From a virus, in the IMG/VR virus record IMGVR_UViG_3300045988_138808: a DNA stretch of 43,102 nucleotides. One strand, 5' to 3'. Below are positions 34,241 through 40,383 of the stretch, piece after piece (position 1 is the stretch's first letter; every line of letters begins with the position of its first letter). The notes under the pieces are model-generated. The model saw nothing but the letters and a program-made list of their open reading frames with translations. It searched no databases and had not been told where the DNA came from. The translations under genes and the position numbers were made by a program.

Positions 34241-37200
34241 TTATTGTCCGCCCCCAGCATATCGCCAAATTGAATGTGCCATTGATGCGGCATCACAATT
34301 TGATACTAAAATATTATTTGCATAATAGCAACCAGCTCGAACTGTTATATTATAAACCCTTTTCTTTTGCTTTCCTGCGTAGTTCTCTTTTAAGGTACTT
34401 ATCTCGACACCATCGACATATTGTCTGCTCTCTGTGGTCGTTTGGGGTATTAAATCTTCTTCCGCAATCGGGACATATTTTAGTAATATGAAGTTTGGCA
34501 ATGTATTCTTTTTGATGTTTTGAGTGCCAATCTCTTCCCTCTTTTGAGCGATGCCACTCTTTGCACATTTCTCTACCTCTTTTATTTGCTTCTTGCATTT
34601 CAGGTCTTTTCCAAATTTCAGCGGTTTTTTTGCCATGAAGTTTAGCGTGTTCGCTGTGTGATAAAAGCACCAAATTGCTAAAGTCGTTATTATCTTTATT
34701 TTCGTCTTTGTGATGAACGTGATAGCCTTTAGGAATTTCTTTTCCCGAATAAAATTCATAAACAACCCGATGAAGCCGGAATGTTTTTCTTTTTCCGTCA
34801 GCAAAGATTTTATTTTCATAATATCCTGTCTTTGGGTTACGATAGTATTTTTTGCCATTGAACAGTATAAAGATTTTATTTGCCATGAGATTAATTCCTT
34901 TATGGTCAACTTGCTAACCATAGAATAATCAACATTTTCAAGGTTGTCAAAAGAATAGTCGTGTGTTGTATATATTTTGTGGTCTTTAGTTCCGGTTAAT
35001 CCAATATTATCAATAACCGGCTTCATTCTGCTTGTTGTTCGTGTTATTGGAGAAACACCCCAAGGAGTTATGACTAAATCACCAACTTTTAATTCCTCTA
35101 TATTTTTATTTCCCAAAATTGTGGCTACTTTTGTTCCTGCAACAAAACAGCTGTCGTCGTGCGCGTGCGACATGTCTTCGGCAAACAATGCCGCTTCATT
35201 GACTAGATACTGGCTCATTTTATCATCTTTTTTCAATTTTACAAGACCACGATAAACATCCCATGAAAGCTCTCTTGTTCTGCCTACCTTGTCCTCTGGG
35301 TAGTCATATTCTTTTGGCTTCCAACAAATGGCATTGATGCCAGATTGGATGAGCGTTTGCTCCAAGCTGATTCCTGATGCCTTGTCTTCAATGTACATAA
35401 ATGCGGCCGGATTAATTAAGCTGTCGTCCGTCCACTTCCGCCATATCTGAATGGCTTTTTCCAAAAGTTCGGGGAATTCCCACTTGCCGACAATCATATC
35501 ACGCAAACGCATCTCTTTGCGTAAAAGCTCCCAAACTTGGAAGCATGAATAGTCGGCGGTCTTGGTCTTTTTGTATGCGGTGTCGGCCGTTATTATCAGT
35601 TTGCCATCAATTGCGGTATGGTCGGCATCGTACATTACCCACCAATCACGTTGGATGATGTTTCCTTTTTCGGCTACCGGCGATTGCTGATATTGTGCTT
35701 GAAACATGGTATCATTGAATGAGATTTCTTTGATACGCTCGGGGGTGTATTGACTGGCGATGTTGCAAGTGCCGTCCGGCTCAAGCAACGGGCGTATAAT
35801 GCTGTCGAATTTGTATTGCTCAAGCAAATATCCGGATAAGTCTTCCAGATGGAGCCTTTGCTGAATGTTAAATATCGGCACGTTACTATCGTTCAAGCGT
35901 GAGAGCAAGGTTTCATCGTAATACTTGCGGACTTTTTCGCGCATAACCTCAGATTGAATGTCGGCTGGCTTGTTGGCATCATCGCAATTAGAAACTAATA
36001 CTTGACATTTACCAACATACAGATTATGATTTTCATACACAGTAAGACAATAAGAGGTGTGATTATGACAAACAACGCTAATATTATTTACAAAGACATC
36101 CCCGGATATGATGGACTTTATAGAGTTTCCAATTTTGGAGATGTTATAAGCTGCTCTAGAGATGTATTTACGGGAAGCGGAGATAAAAGAAGAATTATTA
36201 AGCTCAAAGAAAAACGACTTAATCCCTCTAATAGAAAAGGTTACAAGGTTGTTAATCTTCGAAAAGATAATAAAACCCTTACCATTGGTGTTCATCAACT
36301 TGTTTTGTGGGCTTTCGTTGGCGTGCAACAAAAAGGAATAGAAGTTAGACACCTTAATAGCAATCCATCTGACGATCGTCTTGAAAATTTGCGATATGGC
36401 ACTAAATCGGAAAATATGCAAGATGCTGTTGAACTTGGTACTTTGGTTTTTTCTCGTTCCAAACTTTCTCGAAAAGATGTTGAAGAAATTGCTAAAGCAA
36501 AAGGAAGTTTGAAAGAGATTGCTCTTGCTTTTAATTGTCATCCCGGAACTGTTCAAGCAATCAAAACAAGAAAAAGTTTCAAAAATTTTGTTAAAGAAAT
36601 TAACTATACGCCCAGAAAAAAGATTGAACTTTCTTCTGATGCTTTGGAAAAAATCAGAGATAAGAACATTCCCAGACAAGAAGTTGCAAAAATTTTTAAC
36701 CTTAGTATTAACCAAATAAAAAGGATTAGAAAAGGTAACAACACAATCTATACTTGTTAAATCCTTTGCTTCAACATAGCCCCTATTCTTTGTCCATACT
36801 TTGTGATTATCTGTGCAAATAAAGCTCTTTCCATTACTTAATTTGACTTCAACAAAGCATTGTTTAGTAGGGGTTATGTTTTTAATATGTCTTTCTATGC
36901 GTTTAAGCTCTGGTCTTTCTTTCTCAAAATTATAACTCCAAACTTTTATATCCTCTTTATTTTCAACAATTTCGCCAATCTTTCTATATCCTTTTTCCGT
37001 TAAAACTAATTCGTCGTACGGAAAACAGATTAACGCCCCGGAGAAGCCTTTTGCTCCTCTTATTCCGCAATTATGAACCAATATTTGACTTTTGGTTACA
37101 AATAGGTTATTGTTGCGACATAAGGTAACACAATAACTGGGGGCGCTATGATTACAGTTGACAATATTGACTATTTTCCTATTCCCGAATTTATTAGACA

Positions 37201-38077
37201 TTATTTCGCTACCCACGGATAAAAAGTCGGCTCTCCGCTCCTCTCCGTTTTTCAAATAAAAGACGTGGTCAGGCGTGCAGTTTATTTTTTCTCCGTTGTC
37301 TAGCTCAACCTTTATATAGGGCGAATTTTCGTTTTTGACATAATCGTATATTGGCTGCAACTCTTTCTGCCTTTTATCAAAATTATAGCTCCAAACTTTC
37401 ACGTCTATTTTGTTTTCTACAATATATCCGAGTTTCATAAATCCCTTTTCTGTTAAGACTTCTGTGTTATAGTCAAAACAGCCAAACCCGGTGATTGTCG
37501 AGCCGATGGACGCAAACAGAATTTGTCCGCCTTTTGCGGTGATGATGCGTTTGCTTGCATATACCGCCTTGCCGGTTTCTTTCAAGAGATATTCTCGCCA
37601 AAAGTCATCAATCGGGTTCTCTTCTTTTTCTTCAACGCCGAACAAGCCGCTACCGTATAGCTCTTTGTATATCGGATGTTCTAAAATCTGAGCCACTTCT
37701 CTGGCAATGTCTGACAAGAGCATTTGCGAGAATGATGTATAAATAAAATTACACCGTGGGTTTTTGGTTAGGCAATAAATGAGCCAATATTTGCAGAGGG
37801 TTGTTTTTCCGGCGCGGGGCGGGATGTTCATACATTCACGGGTTATTCTCAGGTTGTATAGGTCATCAAAAACATTGAACATATCCTTGTGGATACGGTC
37901 CATGATGAAAGGCTTGCCCTCAAGAACTCGGAACATATAACGAAACCAAACCTCAAAACCTGTATCAAGCAATGTCTTGCCTAGATATTCCCGATTGATT
38001 TCGCCCGATAAAACGGTATTATTTTTTTGTTCCTTTTTGGGGCTTGCTTGTTTTTTCTGTTTTTGACTGGCCATCAT
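34241..38077 (-). CDS. terL: Terminase large subunit precursor (1278 aa) containing three inteins. The predicted spliced product is 510 aa.
   Basis: A Walker A motif, PPRAGKTT, occupies residues 86-93. After removing the inteins, a Walker-B-like GALI-CDDANKP is restored, and the nuclease motif HAHDDS-CDAASMA is restored. The exteins are residues 1-199, 337-350, 698-976 and 1261-1278 by my count. Confidence 0.9.
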   Translation of the reverse strand: MMASQKQKKQASPKKEQKNNTVLSGEINREYLGKTLLDTGFEVWFRYMFRVLEGKPFIMDRIHKDMFNVFDDLYNLRITRECMNIPPRAGKTTLCKYWLIYCLTKNPRCNFIYTSFSQMLLSDIAREVAQILEHPIYKELYGSGLFGVEEKEENPIDDFWREYLLKETGKAVYASKRIITAKGGQILFASIGSTITGFGCFDYNTEVLTEKGFMKLGYIVENKIDVKVWSYNFDKRQKELQPIYDYVKNENSPYIKVELDNGEKINCTPDHVFYLKNGEERRADFLSVGSEIMSNKFGNRKIVNIVNCNHSAPSYCVTLCRNNNLFVTKSQILVHNCGIRGAKGFSGALICFPYDELVLTEKGYRKIGEIVENKEDIKVWSYNFEKERPELKRIERHIKNITPTKQCFVEVKLSNGKSFICTDNHKVWTKNRGYVEAKDLTSIDCVVTFSNPFYLVNTKVKNFCNFLSGNVLISDFFQSIRRKFNLFSGRIVNFFNKIFETFSCFDCLNSSGMTIKSKSNLFQTSFCFSNFFNIFSRKFGTRKNQSTKFNSILHIFRFSAISQIFKTIVRWIAIKVSNFYSFLLHANESPQNKLMNTNGKGFIIFSKINNLVTFSIRGIKSFFFELNNSSFISASRKYISRAAYNISKIGNSIKSIISGDVFVNNISVVCHNHTSYCLTVYENHNLYVGKCQVLVSNCDDANKPADIQSEVMREKVRKYYDETLLSRLNDSNVPIFNIQQRLHLEDLSGYLLEQYKFDSIIRPLLEPDGTCNIASQYTPERIKEISFNDTMFQAQYQQSPVAEKGNIIQRDWWVMYDADHTAIDGKLIITADTAYKKTKTADYSCFQVWELLRKEMRLRDMIVGKWEFPELLEKAIQIWRKWTDDSLINPAAFMYIEDKASGISLEQTLIQSGINAICWKPKEYDYPEDKVGRTRELSWDVYRGLVKLKKDDKMSQYLVNEAALFAEDMSHAHDDSCFVAGTKVATILGNKNIEELKVGDLVITPWGVSPITRTTSRMKPVIDNIGLTGTKDHKIYTTHDYSFDNLENVDYSMVSKLTIKELISWQIKSLYCSMAKNTIVTQRQDIMKIKSLLTEKEKHSGFIGLFMNFIREKKFLKAITFITKTKIKIITTLAIWCFYHTANTLNFMAKKPLKFGKDLKCKKQIKEVEKCAKSGIAQKREEIGTQNIKKNTLPNFILLKYVPIAEEDLIPQTTTESRQYVDGVEISTLKENYAGKQKKRVYNITVRAGCYYANNILVSNCDAASMAHSIWRYAGGGQ
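34298..35149 (-). mobile_element. Intein 3 (284 aa) in the TerL nuclease motif
   Basis: It starts CFVAGTKVATILGNKNIEELKVGDLV (block A). Block B is TGTKDHKIY. It ends KRVYNITVRAGCYYANNILVSN, followed by Cys+1 (CDAAS). The boundary codons were checked on the sequence: TGT at 35147..35149, AAT at 34298..34300, TGT at 34295..34297. Confidence 0.8.
34350..34886 (-). CDS. HNH homing endonuclease encoded in the -1 frame inside intein 3
   Basis: LHRVVYEFYSGKEIPKGYHVHHKDENKDNNDFSNLVLLSHSEHAKLH is an HNH motif. The C-terminal CPDCGRRF...CRWC is a zinc ribbon. It has its own ATG, with AAGGA about 10 nt upstream, and its own stop. Confidence 0.8.
   Translation of the reverse strand: MANKIFILFNGKKYYRNPKTGYYENKIFADGKRKTFRLHRVVYEFYSGKEIPKGYHVHHKDENKDNNDFSNLVLLSHSEHAKLHGKKTAEIWKRPEMQEANKRGREMCKEWHRSKEGRDWHSKHQKEYIAKLHITKICPDCGRRFNTPNDHREQTICRWCRDKYLKRELRRKAKEKGL
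36002..36030 (+). promoter_or_regulatory. Sigma70-like promoter TTGACA-17-TATGAT for the antisense HNH gene
   Basis: TTGACA lies at 36002..36007 and TATGAT at 36025..36030. AAGAGGTG then precedes the ATG at 36065. All three elements lie inside the minus-strand intein coding sequence. Confidence 0.55.
36065..36760 (+). CDS. NUMOD4-HNH-NUMOD1-type homing endonuclease, antisense within intein 2
   Basis: IYKDIPGYDGLYRVSNFGDVIS resembles NUMOD4. HQLVLWAFVG...VRHLNSNPSDDRLENLRYGTKSENMQDA is an HNH_3 motif. Two HTH-like segments follow: LKEIALAFNCHPGTVQAIK and RQEVAKIFNLSINQIKRIR. I prefer the ATG at 36065, which has a strong RBS, over the track TTG at 36002. Confidence 0.85.
   Translation: MTNNANIIYKDIPGYDGLYRVSNFGDVISCSRDVFTGSGDKRRIIKLKEKRLNPSNRKGYKVVNLRKDNKTLTIGVHQLVLWAFVGVQQKGIEVRHLNSNPSDDRLENLRYGTKSENMQDAVELGTLVFSRSKLSRKDVEEIAKAKGSLKEIALAFNCHPGTVQAIKTRKSFKNFVKEINYTPRKKIELSSDALEKIRDKNIPRQEVAKIFNLSINQIKRIRKGNNTIYTC
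37070..37480 (-). mobile_element. Intein 1 (137-aa mini-intein) in the TerL ATPase domain
   Basis: It starts CFDYNTEVLTEKGFMKLGYIVENKIDVKVW. Block B is CTPDHVFY. It ends SYCVTLCRNNNLFVTKSQILVHN, followed by Cys+1 (CGIRG). The boundary codons were checked: TGT at 37478..37480, AAT at 37070..37072, TGC at 37067..37069. Confidence 0.8.
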
Positions 38078-38483
38078 TTAATACTTCTTGAATATGCTTG
38101 ATGATATTGTTTTGGTCTTGCTCGGTAACAAAGACAGTTGATTGCCCAAGGTTGCCGCTTATGACCTGCTCCGGCATCTCTCCGGCCGTATCTCTCACAA
38201 ACTGAGCCGCTTTTACATCTTGGTCTTTTATCGCCTTGTCGAACATAGCCATTGCCAACACCATGCCATTGGTCAAATCTTCCGGGTTGATTTCGGGGAA
38301 TAGCTGTTTTGACTTTGCAGCGATGATTTCGTGCGGTTTCATCTCAAGCAATGCCTGTGTCAGTTCTTTCAGGCTTTTCTTTCGTCTTCTGGCATCGGCT
38401 GATGCTTTGCCGCCCATAGAACCATAAAAGTGAGCTTCTTCCGAGGTGTAGACTTTTAGTGTGTTCTTATTTCCTCTTGCCAT
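38019..38483 (-). CDS. terS: Terminase small subunit (putative)
   Basis: The ATG at 38481..38483 follows GGAGG (MARGNKNTLKVYTSEEAHFYGSMGGKASADARRRKK...). The gene lies directly upstream of TerL and overlaps it. Confidence 0.6.
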   Translation of the reverse strand: MARGNKNTLKVYTSEEAHFYGSMGGKASADARRRKKSLKELTQALLEMKPHEIIAAKSKQLFPEINPEDLTNGMVLAMAMFDKAIKDQDVKAAQFVRDTAGEMPEQVISGNLGQSTVFVTEQDQNNIIKHIQEVLNDGQSKTEKTSKPQKGTKK

Positions 38484-38521
38484 AATTTCCTCCAATATTA
38501 CTATATAAACCCGATAAGATT

Positions 38522-39004
38522 TTACAAAATATTCAGGTGCATGATGTCTGACACGGCGACAAAACCGAGTTTTTGATGTGCTCTTTTGCTGGCTTTATTC
38601 ACTTTAAACACCCCAGACACAATCCGCTTATACCCGATTTGCTTTGTAAATATCTTTAAGCGTTCAATCATTTCTTTATACACGCCCTTTCTTCTGAACT
38701 CGGGCATTGTGTAAACATGGCAAGCCCAAACTTCCTTGGTCGGGTGTCCGAACCCAACCGATATAAACCCGATGACGCGGTTATTAATATCTTGGGCGAC
38801 AACATAGATTTGCGTTTCGTCCGCAAAGTCTTCTTTTGGCATGTTGCATATTTTGGATATTTCCTCAAGATAATCTTCTTTAAGCTGGTTAATTTGGGCT
38901 AGCATGTTTTTGTCTTTGAGGTTGTTAAAGATTGAAGCCTTAAATATCAAAGGTTCTTCAAGTGCGTATTTGTCCGGATTAACGTCTTCTTCTTTTTCAA
39001 GCAT
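38522..39004 (-). CDS. GNAT-family N-acetyltransferase
   Basis: RVIGFISVGFG...VYTMPEFRRKGVYKEMIERLKIFTKQIGYKRIVSGVFKVNKASKRAHQKLGF fits the GNAT acetyl-CoA motif A (R/Q-x-x-G-x-G/A type). I prefer the ATG at 39002..39004, which follows GGGGGG. Confidence 0.8.
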   Translation of the reverse strand: MLEKEEDVNPDKYALEEPLIFKASIFNNLKDKNMLAQINQLKEDYLEEISKICNMPKEDFADETQIYVVAQDINNRVIGFISVGFGHPTKEVWACHVYTMPEFRRKGVYKEMIERLKIFTKQIGYKRIVSGVFKVNKASKRAHQKLGFVAVSDIMHLNIL

Positions 39005-39191
39005 CTTTCCCCCCTTTATTAAAGATTTCATCAAATCGTTTTTTGGATATTCCAACGGCAACAAGGGAAGCCGACCCTGTGGTCAAATCCCCTTGTTCTT
39101 CGTTTTTATACCTATTTTCGTCATAGTCTTTTAAGTCTTCAACAAATCGGAATGTTGTTTTACCATTCTTTTTGACCTCAACAAACGGCAT
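38997..39191 (-). CDS. Small hypothetical protein, translationally coupled to the GNAT gene
   Basis: The ORF is 64 aa and its 3' end overlaps the GNAT start by 8 nt. I recognised no motif. Confidence 0.4.
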   Translation of the reverse strand: MPFVEVKKNGKTTFRFVEDLKDYDENRYKNEEQGDLTTGSASLVAVGISKKRFDEIFNKGGKDA

Positions 39192-39247
39192 TTTCTATTT
39201 CTCCCACGGGTGCCCATCATCGATGATACAGAATAATCCTCTTTTGC

Positions 39248-39275
39248 ATAATAACGCAAATTTTTGATTTTGCAA
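39248..39275 (-). promoter_or_regulatory. Sigma70-like promoter TTGCAA-16-TATTAT upstream of the small ORF, GNAT and terminase block
   Basis: The minus-strand -35 corresponds to plus-strand 39270..39275 and the -10 to 39248..39253. An AT-only palindrome, AACAAAAA-TG-TTTTTGTT, lies just upstream, after the MTase stop. Confidence 0.4.
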
Positions 39276-39290
39276 ACAAAAACATTTTTG

Positions 39291-40037
39291 TTAAATAGGT
39301 AATTCATATTCGATGTGTTTGTTTATCTTTTCTTCAACAGCCTTGTAAAATTCTTTTTTAATCTCAAAACCGTATGCTTTTCTTCCCAATTGCTCGGCCG
39401 CAAGCAAGGTTGAGCCGCTACCGGCGCACGGGTCAATTACCACATCGCCCCTGTCTGTGAATGTCTCAATCAGGTGTTTTAAAAGAGATATGGGCTTTTG
39501 CGTTGGATGAATGCGCGGTGTGTCCGTATCTCTGTCCATCGGCATAGTATTAAATATCATACGGCCGTTATTGTTAAACTTTGGCAGCTTTTCACGATAA
39601 AGCAAAAGAGCATATTCAGTGTTTCCAACAATTCTCATATTTGCTTTCAAAACTTGGGCTGAATAGTTTTTGTAAAACGTCAATGGAATGTAGTTTTTGA
39701 ATCCATATTTTTTGGCTTCTTCAATCAATTCAAATTGTTGCTCAAAAGCACAAAAAACAATCATACATCCGGCTTTATTGGTTTCTTTAGGCTCAGGTTT
39801 GACCATTTTTGAACAAAAATGAAAGAACTCGGGAATGCGGAAGTCTTTATCCGTATCAAAAAATTCTTTTCCGGCAAGTTTGCTTTCGCCTTTTGAGTTG
39901 TCGCCGTCAATATACCATTTCGGATTGCTCCCATAAGCGTTTTTTCCAATGTTGTATGGAATATCGGCAATCACCAATTGAGCCTTTGGAATGTTATATT
40001 GCTTCCTATTCTGCATGTGGTCGTTTATAAGTTGCAT
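39291..40037 (-). CDS. DNA methyltransferase (N6-adenine/N4-cytosine, beta class). No cognate endonuclease is present.
   Basis: The N-terminal motif IV-like segment is ADIPYNIG. The C-terminal motif I is VVIDPCAGSGSTLLAAEQLGRKAYGFEI. This motif order is typical of the PF01555-type family. Confidence 0.8.
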   Translation of the reverse strand: MQLINDHMQNRKQYNIPKAQLVIADIPYNIGKNAYGSNPKWYIDGDNSKGESKLAGKEFFDTDKDFRIPEFFHFCSKMVKPEPKETNKAGCMIVFCAFEQQFELIEEAKKYGFKNYIPLTFYKNYSAQVLKANMRIVGNTEYALLLYREKLPKFNNNGRMIFNTMPMDRDTDTPRIHPTQKPISLLKHLIETFTDRGDVVIDPCAGSGSTLLAAEQLGRKAYGFEIKKEFYKAVEEKINKHIEYELPI

Positions 40038-40237
40038 TATCTTCTCACTTCGTGAATTTCGTTATAAAGCTCGTGCCATTTTTTGGCTCTTTCCATTATA
40101 ATATCCGGCGGATTAACAGAGCCGTCCTCGTATTTGATGACTGACGGCTCGCTCCGTCTAAGACAAACAGCGGCAAAGGCTTTGCGCCCCATTCGCATAA
40201 GTTTTCGGATTTTTAAGATTTCTTCTCCTCGTGTCAT
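40037..40237 (-). CDS. Small HTH-like protein coupled to the methyltransferase
   Basis: The ORF is 66 aa. ILKIRKLMRMGRKAFAAVCLRRSEPSVIKYEDGSVNP is a degenerate XRE-like pattern. Its stop overlaps the MTase ATG (TAATG). Confidence 0.45.
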   Translation of the reverse strand: MTRGEEILKIRKLMRMGRKAFAAVCLRRSEPSVIKYEDGSVNPPDIIMERAKKWHELYNEIHEVRR

Positions 40238-40383
40238 TTTATCTCTTTCCTAAATTAAAAAAATTATGGCGGTTGGTATAATTTAGCTGTATATGATACT
40301 TTTGTGGCCCAGCGTTTGCGTTTCCGATTATACCGTTATAGGTTGCCGCCACCCAACCTTTGGAATTAGCCACTATGAAAAAA

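Larger units (their letters stand above)
35987..37027 (-). mobile_element. Intein 2 (347 aa) at the TerL Walker-B motif
   Basis: It starts CFPYDELVLTEKGYRKIGEIVENKEDIKVW (block A). Block B is CTDNHKVW. It ends HTSYCLTVYENHNLYVGKCQVLVSN, followed by Cys+1 (CDDA). The boundary codons were checked: TGT at 37025..37027, AAT at 35987..35989, TGC at 35984..35986. The central ~220 residues are Phe/Ser/Asn/Ile/Lys-rich antisense read-through. Confidence 0.8.

Noticed and set aside
36065-36760. The Phe/Ser/Asn/Ile/Lys-rich middle of the TerL ORF (residues ~450-668) could be a genuine low-complexity protein domain or an in-frame intein endonuclease domain.
   Set aside because: It is the exact codon-aligned antisense of a well-formed HNH gene and has no LAGLIDADG, HNH or GIY motifs of its own. 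I treat it as translated spacer whose only evident constraint is having no stop codons.
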